Position numbers and translations under genes: made by a program | Notes under the pieces: generated by a model | Told to the model about the DNA's origin: nothing | The model's database searches: none | The model's input: only the letters and a program-made list of their open reading frames with translations | Part shown: positions 37,751 through 51,873 of the stretch, one piece after another | How the letters are laid out: every line of letters begins with the position of its first letter | Position numbering within the stretch: position 1 is the first letter of the stretch | Origin: Chiloscyllium plagiosum | Taxonomy: Eukaryota | Direction of reading: 5' to 3' | NCBI RefSeq assembly: GCF_004010195.1 | Contig: NC_057719.1 | Span: 11,036,507-11,100,506, forward strand | DNA: 64,000 nucleotides

Positions 37751-38697
37751 TGTAATAGTTGAGTCATGTTGTTATGTTGTATTTTTATGTTGTTGTCTGA
37801 TATGGGAAAAGACCGCTCTAAAAAGCAAGGACCCTGAAGGACACTGCATGGTTTTAAAAGCAGGTAACATGGTTCTTGCTTTAAATACTATTTAGACAGC
37901 TCTTGATTCAAGCAGTAGTAGATGGTTTGCAGATGAGCTGGAGACAAGGGAAGTATACAAATGGACATTCAGCCGGCTGCAACAAGCTGATTGGTCTGTA
38001 GACTCATGACGACAAAGGCTCTCTTGCTTGCCAATAGTCTTTGATTGGCTCCCTGGCAGCTGAATAGCTGGCGATGTGAACAAGATAGGGAGAGACCATA
38101 AGGTCTCCACAAGCTCAGAAGTTCTCTGTTCTCTGCAGGAAAAAATACTGCAAGCCTGAAGAAAACCAGTTTATCTTTCTTTCAACAACTGCTGTAAAGC
38201 TGTCACTTTTAATCAATAAGTCAGCAACTTTGGTAAGTGTGAAGCAGTTACCGTGAGCCTCCTGAAAACATGGGAAAACATTCAGAGATGGAAGATTGAG
38301 AAACAGTATTCTGATCAATAAAAGAATCATCTCAGCAAATCCTGTGAACAGAGGTCATTAAACTGATTTCCCAGTCTTTAACTCTCCTGTAATAACCATA
38401 TTTTTCCTCCCTGTCTGTGTCTGTATGTGTGTGAAAGGAGGAGTTTGAAAGGGGATTTGAGTGTTAATTAGTAGAACTATATGCTGATGGGTCATAGTTA
38501 TTTACATGTGGCTCAAATCTACCTATCTGTAATAAATTCTGCCTTATATACTGAAGCTTAGATCATGCTTTGTATCAACCTGGATCCAAAATACAGAGAA
38601 ATTGGGAAACTGTACTTTTTAAAATCTTTAACTTCTGTGATGACTCAGAGAATAGAGCTGCTTGATTTTTCAGAACGTTACCCAGTGTGGCATAACA
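37751..38697. mobile_element. Solo LTR (probably Gypsy-type), 947 bp
   Basis: TGTAA...TAACA termini, 4-bp target duplication GATG at 37747-37750 and 38698-38701, AATAAA near 38531. Confidence 0.75.
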
Positions 38698-39129
38698 GAT
38701 GGACGCCCCTAGTCAAGGCCTCATGAGTGAGGTCAGATGCTCAGAACCTGGAAGCTCATTAGTACAGTATTGCATTTCTATCGCAAACACTGCCCCTTCC
38801 AAACAATTAACAAACAAAAAAGATTTATGATGTGAGTTACCTGCATTAACCTTGATACACACAACTGTCCTCATGTATTAGCAGTTCATTATCCTCATCA
38901 GTTCCTGTGTATGAATTGCTCACACTGCCTTCAAGTAATGTTAATCTTTAATCACAGTGTCATTGGTGGTTCCTCTGGGAGATGCCCCTTCTAAGGGAAT
39001 GCCCTTACTGTATCATTTGTTGTTTTCACGGTACTTATTGTTCCATTTCCATTATTGGGTTGCGATGGACGTCTGGGTCTGATGGTTGATCCATGATCTG
39101 TGCAGATAATAGTTATAGATTCATAGATG

Positions 39130-39310
39130 TAGAGTGAGTTCACACGTCTTGATCAGCTGCCTGCCATTGAGGAACAACTTCTCCAGTTGGGCAGACATGC
39201 TTGCAGTTGTGACAGTATATCTGGTCATTCACTTCCACCACACATGATCAAGGTGACAGCTGCTTCATGTAGGTCTCACGTTGCCACTCAGGCCTACTCT
39301 TGGTTAGAGC
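39130..39310 (-). pseudogene. Gypsy integrase C-terminal remnant
   Basis: Minus translation WQRETYMKQLSP*SCVVEVNDQIYCHNCKHVCPTGE. Reversing CpG decay gives SPRS.VVEVN.QIYRRNRKH.RP, typical of Gypsy pol ends. Confidence 0.65.
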
Positions 39311-39361
39311 GTTGAAGGTTTGTACTCTGACCAGCTCTGACTGACAGTATGTAACCATTCT

Positions 39362-39490
39362 CATTCCTGAAGAAGGGATCTAGCCCAAAACGTCAATTCT
39401 CCTCCTCCTCGGATGCTGCCTGACCTGCTGTGTTTTTCCAGCAACACACTCTCAACTCTGATCTCCAGCGTGTGCAAACCTCACTTTCCT
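39362..39490 (+). mobile_element. Short PLE 3'-terminal fragment
   Basis: ATTC-CTGAAGA-A-GGGATCTAGCCC-AAAA-CGTC (decayed hammerhead) plus the standard tail. Confidence 0.8.
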
Positions 39491-41819
39491 GGTTATTTTA
39501 TAGTGGGACTGGCTGATGGATGGAAAAGATACAGAAGAATATCTGTTGGAGAATGCAACAGTTCGGTTCAACTTCAAATACAACATCTTATTATATTACA
39601 GGAAGCAAACACAATGTTTAGGATGGCTTAGCCAGTCAGTTCAACTAGCTCACTTATTCGCAGGTCTATGTAACTTGACTTACTCAATGTCCTGAGGGAA
39701 TATCCTGCATAAATATTCCCTGGATTTCCAAAGCGTAATGAAGGAAAATGCAAACTGTCTGTGCATTGATTCCTACATCCTCACTATCAACACTTGCTTC
39801 TAACCCAAACCCAGCAGCACAGTTAAATATCATGGCGTCACAGGGCATTTGAACATTTCTCAGTCTTCTGTCTGCTCCTCATTCTGATTACATGTCTCCT
39901 AAGATTAAACCAGCTTTAGTAGAGTTAACAGGTCTGCGCACTGTGCAAACTTAATTGCATCTGTCTGCAAAACTACTTTGGATATTGATGCACCTCCTAA
40001 AAACAGAGAGAACATGCTATCTTTATTCCATAGCAATTGCTATCTTAAAAATTGTGTTGAATCTGTATTCTCTGGTTATCAACCCTGCTGCCACTGGAAG
40101 CAAATTCTCCCTATTTGCAGCAGCAAACTTCCCCATAATTTGAACACATCTGTTAAAAGACCTTTCTCAAAGATTCTTTCTCTGTTCAAGGCTTTAATTC
40201 CAAAATGGTGGCTCTACTTAGGGTTGTAAATGCTCATATTTTCAAAATGACTGTTAGCAATCACAGCATAAAATTGCTCAAGGCTTATTGATTTTAATGA
40301 TGGCATATAACTCCTTTCAAGAAACCTTCACAACTAACCTTTAAGACAGTCATGTTTCTGAAAGCTTATGACCCTGGAGCAATACTCATTTAATTAATAG
40401 CCCCCATACCAAGCCCAACTCGGTTCCCATTTGATTCAGTTTCGCAATCATTAACTGCATGGTGGATTGTATTATACAAATATATGTTGTTATTTAGGTC
40501 ATAGTGATAAATATTTGCCATAAAGGTTATGGAAGTATGTGCCAGGGCATTGATTTGAGACAATATTTTTTCAACTTAAAGGTCATAGCTTGATCAATCA
40601 TTCCCAACATTCAGGAAATCCAAGTGGGCAATCATTCATGATCTATTTTATTGCACAGCTTAATAGTTGAATATTATACACATTGCGGAACAAAAGTATT
40701 CCCATGTCGAGCATACGGCTGTCTACTGATGCTTTGGCTCCAACTAATACTTCAAACTCCTGGGAGCAGGTTGCACTAGTGACTGGAAGCAGTCAGCAAT
40801 CAGTTCACAATTACATGGACAGACTACATGTTAGTTTTTGCCAGTAAGTTACCAACCTGAATAAGTGCCCCTATACCAGAGGGTGCATTGTGCATTTAAG
40901 CAGGCAAGTTTCTGATAGACCATTTTGAGGAGATAAAAGGCGAGGAGCTAGTATTCTTCTGTTGACAGCAGAGGGTGATGAGGGGTGATTTAACACAGAC
41001 ATTCAAATTATGAGGGATTCCACTTACTCACACAGGAAGAAACTATTCTGGTGGCAAGAATGCTGGTAGCCAAAGGACACAGATTTAAGATACTCAGAGA
41101 AAGAATAGAGGGGAATAGCTTTTGATGGCCCAAACTGTTAGGATCTTGAATGCATTGAATCAAGAAGGTCAGTGGAAATGAGAATGAGAATTAAATGGGT
41201 ACTTGAACAGAGGAAGACGTGCCGTGCTGCTGGGAAAGAGCAAGGTGTATGGGACTAATCTTTCTAAAAACCAGCACAGGTATGACAGGACAATTCATCT
41301 CCTATGTTATGATGAAAGATACATAATTTTAAGTATTAATATCATTGTTGGAATTTGAAATTCAAAATTGTGGCATATGGCCATTGGTTACTTATATGAA
41401 GAATATCCTTTTAAAAAAAAAGAGATTCTTCTGGAATAGTGATTGAATCCAGAATGAGTCAGGCAGCCAGTGACTGCAAACCCCTGTGGTGTGAATGAAA
41501 AGATGTTTATACTATGATAGCAATGACAGGTTGGCCAAATATGTAACATTGGCTTTCTTTTCAGTTCAGAAGAATTTTGAATTAGCAAGTTGGTTTTCAA
41601 AAAAAATCAGTTCAAAAGCAAGTTTTCCCTTGATGTTTATCCCTCCTGGGTGGGAGAACTGCATGTTAGAATTTGTGTCTGAATTCGTTCTTTTGCGAAG
41701 GGGTGTGTTCATGAAATGTTACTATATTGGAACAGTTCATGAGTCATTGCTACTGTATCTGTTATTCTGCTAAGTTGTCAATAGAGTTGTCATTCTAAAT
41801 CCCTCTTTCTTTGGTTATA

Positions 41820-42158
41820 CAGGTAGAAGATCCTTTATCCAAACATCCAAAAACCAAAAAGCTCTGAAATCTGAAGGTTTTTTTTGTGAAGTTTTTTCTC
41901 ATTAACAAGGTAGTTTGGCATGAAAACAGTTAACCCAAGTCGACACCTACTCGATGCGTGTCACTCAGATGTGATGAGGAGGGGTGAGGGAGTGCGGGGG
42001 AAGCTTGGCCAAGCACTGACAGCCTGTCCTTACTTAGAAGTCTGCTCCTCCAGTAAGATTGTTTAAAATTTCACTATTAAACTGTCACTTATTCTGAAAG
42101 CCTAAAAATTCTGAATTCAGAAAAACAGATGGTCCCGAGCATTTCGGATAAAGGATCG
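41820..42158. mobile_element. Tigger/pogo-like non-autonomous DNA transposon (MITE)
   Basis: TA|CAGGTAGAAGATCCTTTATCCAAA ... TTTCGGATAAAGGATCG|TA. Inverted termini, right tip shortened; TA flanks. Confidence 0.75.
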
Positions 42159-42173
42159 TATTTTAACTACAGT

Positions 42174-44160
42174 AGAACATAGAACTGTACAGCACAGGAA
42201 CAGGCCCTTCAGCCCATGATGTTCTGCTGAACAGGACACCAAATGAAACTAATCCCTTCTGCCTGTCTTTGGTCCATATCCCTCTATTCCTTGCATATTC
42301 ATGTGCTTTTATAATAGTTTCTTAAATTCCCTAATTGTATCTGCCTCCACCACCACCACTGGCAGCATGTTCCAGACTCTTACTACTCTTTGGTTAAAAA
42401 TCTACCCCACGTCTCCTTTGAACTTTCCCCCTCTCACCCCAAATGCATGCCCCTTAATATTAGACATTTCAACTCTGGGAAAAAGATTCTGACTGTCAAC
42501 CCTACCTATAATTTTATAAACTTCTATCACGTCTCCCCTCAGCCTCTGCTGCTCAAGAGTAAACAATCAGAGTTTTTCCAGCCTCTCCTTATAGCTCATA
42601 CTCTCTAATTCAGGCAGCATCCTGGTAAATTTCGTCTGCACCCGCTCCAAAGCCTCCATATCCCTCCTGTAATGAATTGAATGACCGGAATTGATTGCAA
42701 TACTCTATAAATGTGGCATAACCAAAGTCTTATAAAGCTGCAACGTGACACCCCGCCTCTCGTAATTGATTCCAAGGTGTCTTAGCCACGGGGATCCCAT
42801 ATATCTTAATCTTCCGCATGAGCTTACCATGAGAGACCTTGTCAAAGACCTTACTAAAATCCATGTAGACAACATCCATTGCTCTACCCTCATCGATCAC
42901 CTTTGTTACCTCCTCAAAATAATTCAAACAAGTTAATAAGACATAACCTTCCCTGCACAAAGCCATGCTGACTGTCCCTCATTAGGCCATTCTTTTCCAA
43001 ATGTGCTTAAATTCTATCCTTAAGAATTCTCTCTAATAGCTTCCCAACCAGCAATGTGAGATTTACAGGTTGATAGTTTCCTGAATTATCCATATTTGCC
43101 AGAGGAACAACATTAGCTACTCGCCAGCCCTCACATCCTCTCCGATGGCTAGTGAAGACACAAAGATCTTGGTCAAGGCCCCAGCAATCTCCTCTCTAGC
43201 CTCTCTCAATAACCTGGGGTAGATACAATCGGGCCCCGGGGAATTTTCCATTTTAGTGCTCTTCAAGAGATCCAACACCTCTTCTTTCTTGATCTCAAAA
43301 TGCCTAACATGATCCACACAAATCTCACTGTCCTCCATGTCCTTCTCCTGGGTGAATACCAATACAAAGTACTCATTTAGGATCTCAGCCACAGCCTCTG
43401 CCTCCAACCACAATTTCCCTCCTTTATCCTTGAGCAGTCCTACCTTCTCCACTAGTTATCCTCTTCTTTTTACTGTATCTATAGAATGCCTTGGGATTCT
43501 CTTTAACCCTACTTGCCAAGGTTATTTCATGGCCCCTTCTTGCTCTACCAATATTCTGCTGGAGCACTTCCCTGCGTTCCTAATATTCCTCACGGGCCCT
43601 GTCTGATTTTAGCTTCCTAAACTCACATACGCTTCTTCTCTCCTTTTGACTAAATTCACAAACTCCTTCATTATCTCAGAGTCTTGCCATTTGTGTCCTT
43701 CCTAGTTACTGGAACATGCCGGTCTTGAACTCTCCCCAGCATGTCTTTAAACAATTCCCTCATGTCAAATGTGGACTTGCCTGATAACAGCTTCTCCCAT
43801 TTAACACTCCCTAGTTCCTGCCTAATTTAGACATAATTTGCCCTCCCCCAATTTAGGATCTTCCCAAAAGATCCTGACTTATCCTTATTCATAGCCATGT
43901 TAAAACTTAAGGAGTTGTGATCACTGTTTCTAAAATGCTCTCCCACTGAAAGATCAGTCACATGGCCAGGTTCATTAGCCAATACAAGGTCCAGTATGGC
44001 CACTCCTCTAGTTGGACTATCTACAGATTATTTCCAAAAACCCTCTAAGATGCACCTAACAAATTCTGCACCGTCTAAGCCTTTTGGTCTAAGGGATTCC
44101 AATTCTGGGGAAGTTAAAGTCACCCATTATGACAGCTCTTTTTATTGCACCTTTCCATAA
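42174..44160 (-). mobile_element. CR1 LINE, internally deleted ORF2; 5' part resumes at ~45640-46175
   Basis: ORF 42730..42966 (VVYMDFSKVFDKV) and ORF 43117..43452 (SPGPDCIYPRLLRE). Confidence 0.85.
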
Positions 44161-45635
44161 GACTAAAATTGGGCCTTGAAGACAGAAACAGGGAAATATA
44201 TTACAGGGAACAAAGAAATGGCAGAGGAATTGAATTGGTACTTCAGATCTGTGTTCACTGGGGAAGACACAAGCAATCTCCCTGAGGTAACAGTGGCTGA
44301 AGGACCTGAACTTAAGGGAATTTATATTTGCCAGGAATTGGGGTTGGAGAGACTGTTAGGTCTGAAGGTTGATAAGTCCCCGGGGCCTGATGGTCTACAT
44401 CCCAGGGTACTGAAGGAGATGGCTCNNNNNNNNNNNNNNNNNNNNNNNNNNNNNNNNNNNNNNNNNNNNNNNNNNNNNNNNNNNNNNNNNNNNNNNNNNN
44501 NNNNNNNNNNNNNNNNNNNNNNNNNNNNNNNNNNNNNNNNNNNNNNNNNNNNNNNNNNNNNNNNNNNNNNNNNNNNNNNNNNNNNNNNNNNNNNNNNNNN
44601 NNNNNNNNNNNNNNNNNNNNNNNNNNNNNNNNNNNNNNNNNNNNNNNNNNNNNNNNNNNNNNNNNNNNNNNNNNNNNNNNNNNNNNNNNNNNNNNNNNNN
44701 NNNNNNNNNNNNNNNNNNNNNNNNNNNNNNNNNNNNNNNNNNNNNNNNNNNNNNNNNNNNNNNNNNNNNNNNNNNNNNNNNNNNNNNNNNNNNNNNNNNN
44801 NNNNNNNNNNNNNNNNNNNNNNNNNNNNNNNNNNNNNNNNNNNNNNNNNNNNNNNNNNNNNNNNNNNNNNNNNNNNNNNNNNNNNNNNNNNNNNNNNNNN
44901 NNNNNNNNNNNNNNNNNNNNNNNNNNNNNNNNNNNNNNNNNNNNNNNNNNNNNNNNNNNNNNNNNNNNNNNNNNNNNNNNNNNNNNNNNNNNNNNNNNNN
45001 NNNNNNNNNNNNNNNNNNNNNNNNNNNNNNNNNNNNNNNNNNNNNNNNNNNNNNNNNNNNNNNNNNNNNNNNNNNNNNNNNNNNNNNNNNNNNNNNNNNN
45101 NNNNNNNNNNNNNNNNNNNNNNNNNNNNNNNNNNNNNNNNNNNNNNNNNNNNNNNNNNNNNNNNNNNNNNNNNNNNNNNNNNNNNNNNNNNNNNNNNNNN
45201 NNNNNNNNNNNNNNNNNNNNNNNNNNNNNNNNNNNNNNNNNNNNNNNNNNNNNNNNNNNNNNNNNNNNNNNNNNNNNNNNNNNNNNNNNNNNNNNNNNNN
45301 NNNNNNNNNNNNNNNNNNNNNNNNNNNNNNNNCCAGAGGACACAGCTTAAAAATACGGGGTAGACCATTTAGGACAGAGATGAGGAGAAACTTCTTCACC
45401 CAGATAGTGCTGGGTGTGTGGAATGCTCTGCCCCAGAGGGCAGTGGAGGCCCAGTCTCTGGACTCATTTAAGAAAGAGTTGGACAGAGCTCTCAAGGATA
45501 GTGGAATCAAGGGTTATGGAGATAAGGCAAGAACAGGATACTGATTAAGGGTGATCAGCCATGATCATATTGAATGGTGGTGCAGGCTCGAAGGGCAGAA
45601 AGGCCTACTCCTGCACCTATTGTCTATTGTCTATA
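44160..45635 (+). mobile_element. Young CR1 LINE spanning a gap, same subfamily as 5985-7607
   Basis: KSPGPDGLHPRVLKE before the gap; 3' end with (CTATTGT)n nearly identical to 7316-7607. Confidence 0.88.
44426..45332. other. Assembly gap (N run)
   Basis: Run of N. Confidence 1.
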
Positions 45636-46656
45636 TATTTATTCCTTAATATTGCAGTGGCAGAATGATTGCACCCATCTTATCTTGAGCTCTCCCCATA
45701 TTGCCTCAGTGGATGAGCCCTCCAGCAGGTCCTCTTTGAGTGCAGATGTAACATTCTCCCTGATTAGTAATGCAACTCCTCCACCTCTTTAACCTTCCTC
45801 ATCTAAAATAATGAAATCCTGGAACACTGAGCAGCCACTCCTGTCCCTCTCTCAACCAAGTCTCTGTTTTAGCCACAACATCATCGTCCTATGTACTGAT
45901 TCAGACTCTAGTCTCATCTGCCTGAATATATTCCAATATACTCATTGCATTGAAATAAACACACTTCAGACCCATTAGTACCATCGTGTTCATTTACTTG
46001 CCTCTGCCTGTCCTTTCTTCCTGATTTACTGGTCTTAACATCCACCTTCACCTCAATCCCATCACTTGCTAACCTGCTGCTCTGCCATTCTAGTTTAAAC
46101 CCTCCTGAATAACACGAGCAAAACTCCCTGTGAGGATTTTGGTTCTCCTCCAGTTTAGATGCAACCCGTCCCTCTTGTTAAATGAATTGTTTTTTGTTCA
46201 ACCTCAAGTAGTTCAACAAGTCGCATCACATCTGGAATAGGTACTTCACATTTGTTTTAACAATAAGAAAACGTTAGGGTCTAAGCTATCTTCTTAAAAT
46301 ATTTTGAGGGGGTCTGGTCTGGTTCATAACACCCCACAGAGTTACCAAAAACCATCACCCACACCTATTCCCTCAGTGTGGACAATACCCCTGTCCTTTC
46401 TCAGCCTCTTTAATCTGTGCTGATTGTTGTATTGTAAAACAAAGAACTATAGATGCTGGGAATCTGAACAAAGCAGGGAGTGCTGGAGAAACACATGAGG
46501 GTCTGGCAGCAGCATCTGTAAAGAGAAAAACAGAATGAACATTTCAAGTGCAGTGACCCTTTGTTTGAACTGAAAGCAGCAGGGAAAGGGTGGCATTTAT
46601 ACTGAAGACAAAGGGGAGGAGGAAGGAGTGAACAGAATACACAGAATTGGGGATGT

Positions 46657-46677
46657 GAGAGAGAGAGAGAGAGAGAG
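46657..46677 (+). repeat. (GA)n microsatellite within a PLE remnant
   Basis: GAGAGAGAGAGAGAGAGAGAG. Confidence 0.9.
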
Positions 46678-48051
46678 AAAAGAGAAAAAGGAGAGGCAAA
46701 CAAAGAGATTGCTGATGATAAGCTGAAAGAGAAGTATTGGTGAGCAGAGTGAGTAAAGAAGTGTGAATAGTTGAGAATGGGTTGACTGTGCTGGGAGAAA
46801 TCCATACAAAAAAGGACCTAGGTGTTTGGAGATGGATAACATCTGAAATTGTTCAACTGAATACTGATTCCAGAAGGTTTTAAGGTACCTAGAAGTAAGG
46901 CGTTGTTCCTGATTGTTGGATCACTTGGATATGAAGCAGTGATGTTGGTGAGGAGCTTTTTAAGACTCTAAATTTTCCTTTAATTAAAAAAAGTGATTGA
47001 TGTGGCATCTACAAAAGAAATTGACTAAACAACCAATTTGCAAAGAAGTTGCTGCCAGCTTGTTTGCTGATTGAAATTTCATCCCTTTTCTCCTTGCCTG
47101 ACTGAACTACATGAGATTTGCAGAGTTTTGTTTAAAGTGGGATCTTCAAGCAGGGAGAAAAAAGATACAACATCGTCTTTGAATCTTCCAATCTTGTGTA
47201 AACCATCCGAGTACAAAGACTGCATTCACTCTTAATCCACTCAGTGTATTTATGAACTCAGTGGAGGCTTACATTGATTTATCTTCAGTCCCCTGTGTAT
47301 CATTTTATGAATTTTGCATTTTAAGTGGCGGTTATGTCTGACTTAATAAAAATTCAAATGCACGGCACCCCAAGGTTTTTTTTTATATTTTGCCAGTAAC
47401 TCTTTTTGGATTTTTTTTTTAACCACGTTGAGATAGCATCTTCTTTTAAGAAAAGAAACTAATCTATTTTCTATCACAAAAACACAGCATGCTCTTACGA
47501 AAATGAGAATGCTATTCTGAGAGGTGATAAATGAAGTGACTATCGTGAAGAAACAGCAATAACGCTCAGGTCAAAGAGGGCGGGAAGGGGGTAGCTAGCA
47601 ATAATGGCAAAGATAACTAAAACTTCTGCTTCTTGTCTGTGGACTGCATGGGACCATACTGCAGCAGGGAGCTGTGACTTCTGAGAAATTGGCTGCTTCG
47701 AATGGGTGGATGCTAAGCTCCTCAGCTCATTTCTGGGCCGTCAGTGGCACCAGTCCCAGCTGAAGTAAACATTCTGTGAAGGTTACATTAGGGAAGGCTG
47801 GTGGCTTGAGTGGAGCTTAAACAGCAGCACTGACCAGTGGGGTTGAATGGAATGTTGTTGCCTGATAATTTCATCTGAAAACAAAGGACGACTGGGCAAA
47901 ACCACAGCCAGATCTTGGATATGGTGGTAGTGGGAGCCGGAAAAAATCATATGGGAGTAAATTTCCTGATATTGAGAAAACTGTCTCCAATTAAACTGGA
48001 GGTGGGAAAGGTCCAGTGTGTGAATCCTGTCCACAGGTGGTGAAATTAGAC

Positions 48052-48697
48052 TCGGTCATAGAGTCATAGGGTTGTACAGCACAGAAACAAACCCTTTGGT
48101 CCAACTCATCCACGCTAGCCAGATATCCTAAACTAATCGAGTCCCATTGGCCAGCATTTGGCCCATATCCCTCCAAACCCTTCCTATTCATATACCCATC
48201 CAGATGCCTTTTAAATAGCTATAATTGTACCAGCCTCCATCACTTCATCTGGCAGCTCATTCCATACACGCACCACCCTCTGCCTGAATAAGTTGCCCTT
48301 CAACTCACTTTTAAATCTTTCCCCTCTCACCTTAAACCTGTGCCCTCTAGATTTGGACTCCCCTACGCTGGGGAAAAGACCGTCGCTATTCATCCTATCC
48401 ATGCCCCTCATGATTTTATAAACCTCGACAAGGTCACCCCTCAGCCTCCGACACTCCGACAGCCCCAGCCTATTCAGCCTCTCCCTGTAGCTCAAACCCT
48501 CCAGCCCTGGAAACATTCTTGTTAATCTTTTCTGAACCCTTTCAAGTTTCACAACATCTTTCCAATAGCAGGAAGCCTAGAACTGAATGCAGTATTCCAA
48601 AAGTGGGCTAATCAATGTCCTGTAAAGCTGCAACATGATTTCCCAACTCCTATGCTCAATGTACTGACTAGTAAAGGCAAGCATGCCAAATGCCTCT
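48052..48697 (-). mobile_element. CR1 (HER1-like) LINE 3' fragment
   Basis: ORF 48211..48552 has LERVQKRLTRM...VWNELP. Confidence 0.9.
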
Positions 48698-48988
48698 CAT
48701 GAGCTGCATAAAGCTAATTACCCAAGTGTCCATTTAATGGCAAGTCAGGGACTCTCACAAACCCACATGGCATTCCCATGCCTCCCAAAGACTGCCCAGC
48801 TAATCCTGTCAGGTGACTACTTTCTGCGTGCACAAGTGACACGGCACTGGAAAGGCAACAGAGGGTGTTTGGAAAGCCAAACCCCTCTCTCCAAATCCCT
48901 CACTAGATACCCACTATGCCCCCACTTACATTCCATTACCAGCAACCACTTTCTGTCAAAGCCAACTGATTTCTCACTCATCTACACA

Positions 48989-49270
48989 GCGGCTCAGTGG
49001 TTAGCACTGCAGCCTCACAGCACCAGGGTCCCAGGTTCAATTCCAGCCTCGGCCGACTGTCTGTGTAAAGTTTGCACATTCTTCCCGTGTCTGTGTGGGT
49101 TTCCTCTGACAGTCCAAAGATATGCAGGCCAGGTGAATTGGCTATGCTAAATTGCCCATAGTGTTAGGTGCATTAGTCAAAGGGAAATGGGTCTGGGTGG
49201 GTTACTCTTCGGAGGATTGGTGTGGACTGGTTGGGCCGAAGGGCCTGTTTCCACACTGTAATCTAATCTA
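48989..49270 (+). mobile_element. HE1-type V-SINE
   Basis: Head, partly deleted V-domain, tail with (AATCT)n. Confidence 0.9.
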
Positions 49271-50914
49271 CATTATTGAATTATACTATAAAGAGGCTCT
49301 TCGACACATCGAGTCTGCACCAACTGGAATCGACACCGCATCCTGAAATCCAGCTTTGATCCTTGGGTTGGGCCACTGTGCGGTACCAACAGCAGCCACG
49401 GCTCATACAGTACTGAAGAGGCCTTTCAGCCCATCTGGTCTATACTGACCAACTACACTAAACCCACTTCCCAGCACTTGACTCATTGCCTTGAAAGCTA
49501 TGGCATTTCAAGTGTTCAACCACATGCATTTTAAAGATTATGAAGACTCCTGCCTCTATGACCCTCCTAGGCACACTGCCAACAATGGAGAGTTTCTGGC
49601 TTCTGACTAAGTGGCAGCTCCCAGGGGCATGATTTTCACCCTCTAAGATTCTTAACCACATGGGAGGTTTGACAAACGTTACTTTACAGACACTGAACTC
49701 TCTTGGTCTTTTCTCTCAGGAGTGGTATTCCTGCTGGCTCTCCAACTGGCCAGGAGCAAAAAAAAAATTACTTTGCAACATTGAGTCCTGAAAATCATCC
49801 CACCAACATATGATTTCATTTAATCACCTTTCATGAGCTTGCAATTTGAACCTGGGTATAATGACAAGGCATCAAAGAGAGTGGTAGGAGTCACTACAGA
49901 AATCCTTTCAGTGAAATCCTTTCAGTGAATTCCCCGTTGAGACAAACCACAATTTGTTTCACATACTGCACCTTTACTGGAGTAATCTCTCCAGTAAAGG
50001 TGCAGTAATCACAACACTTTCACTGCAGGCAAATTTACATTATTGCATAAACAAATGGAAATTTAATTAATATCTGCAAATGAATGGGCTACAATATAAA
50101 ATAGGTCCTGAGAGAACAAATGACAATGACGATGCTCATGTAAGACCTTTTGCAGAGCAGTAGAATCACTGGATCTTGCTGTTAAAGGGGGTGGACCTGA
50201 GCAGTTTGTAGGAAGGTGGAGCAAGGTAAGAAACTCCCTAAGAAAGAGTTCATAGAATGGAACCACAGCATGGAACCAAAAAATGGTTACCTTACAGGCA
50301 GAGGCTATTCAGTTGTTCTAGCTATATTTGACTAAATTGATGACAAAGAGAGGAGGATCAGAATGTGGATGATATTTTTACCCATCATTTACTTCCAATA
50401 ATAGCTTGCTATTGATATCCCTACTCAAACATGTTGGCTACCAATGCAATTCGATGAGCATTGGAAACTGTTACGCTGTGCACTAACTCAGCATTTCTCG
50501 ATGAGGATAGAAGCAGATAAATCAGGCACAGTTGGATATGAGTATCGCGATGCAGGATTGACATCACATCTGCTGCTTCTGAAGCAGGAACATTGTACAA
50601 TCTGTGAACTGAAAAGGCTGCAATGTCCAGGCAGCACTAAATGGCGAGACACCAACACAAGTTAAAGCTAGCTACCTAAAACTAGGTGGCAAGTCTTATA
50701 GGGGAGCTGAATGTTAAAGCAGGCATAGGAACTAATTTCAAAAGCCTCAGTCTTGCAGTATGTCCACTGGCATCTTTTTGAAGTTTGGGGAATGTGGTTT
50801 CGAAAACAAATAGGGCTTAAAACAGAAGTCTGAAGGGTAACTTAATACAGGCTTGGAAGGCATGAGAAGCTTTGACAGAGTGGACACAAAGAGTGTGGGG
50901 AAGAATGGAACTAG

Positions 50915-51243
50915 GGTGGGAGTTTGGCTCAGCGGTTAGCACTGCTGCCTCACAGTGCCAGGGTCCCCAGTTAAACTCCAGCCTTGGGTGACTGTCTGTC
51001 TGTGTGAAGTTTGCACATTATCCCCGTGTCTGTGCGGATTTCCTCTGGGGCTCCAATAGCCTCCCGCAGTGGATTAACCATGTTAAAAATTGTTCCATAT
51101 TGTCCAGGAATGTGTAGGATAGGAAGATTAGCCATGGTGAATGTGGAGTTATTAGATAGGGTGGAGGACTGGGTCTGGGTGGGATGCTTTTCAGAGAGTT
51201 GGTGCAGACTAAAATGGGCCGAATAGCCTCTATGTGCACTGTT
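50915..51243 (+). mobile_element. HE1-related SINE (diverged)
   Basis: GGCTCAGCGGTTAGCACTGCTGCCTCACAG head and HE1-like tail. Confidence 0.8.
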
Positions 51244-51660
51244 TAACAAATGCCATCAAAACAAAATCCTCATCAAGAAATCCAATTTAGAAGAATCTTC
51301 TTTACCCAGGGTATAGCTGAGAATGTGGAACTTCATCGCATTGGGAGCAATTGAAACATGGGGTCATACAGCACAGAAGCAGACCCTTCGGTCTGATCAT
51401 GATTCCAAATTAAACTAGTCCCACCTGCCTGTATTTGGCCCACATTCCTCCAAACAGTTCTTATTCATGTACTTATCCAAATGTCTTTAAACGTTCAAAC
51501 AGTATCCACATCCACCACTTCCTCTGACAGTTCATTCCACACTCTTAGTGAACTACTCTCACCTTAACAATACCTACTATATCGATGCAAGGTCCTCTTC
51601 CTCATAGGAAGAATGGAATGGAGAGTTTTGCCAACAGAGTTACAATAGGAAGGATTAGAG

Positions 51661-51873
51661 GAGAGTCAATAAGTATGGTGCTGGAAAAGCGCAGCCGGTC
51701 AGGCGGCATCCGAGGAGGAGGAGGACAGTCGATGTTTCGAGCATAAGATCTTCTTCAGGAAGAGTCAAAACATCGACTTCCTGCTCTTCGGATGCTGCCT
51801 GACCAGCTGCACTTTTCCAGCACCGTACTTTTTCACTCTGATCTCCAGCATCTGCAGTCCTCTCTTTTCTCCC
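51661..51873. mobile_element. PLE terminus inverted pair
   Basis: 51661-51740 is the reverse complement of 51768-51840; the tail is present on the right arm only. Confidence 0.85.

Noticed and set aside
46940..47420. Possible solo LTR, likewise ~41390-41817
   Set aside because: LTR-like texture, but I could not identify convincing TG...CA ends with a TSD.
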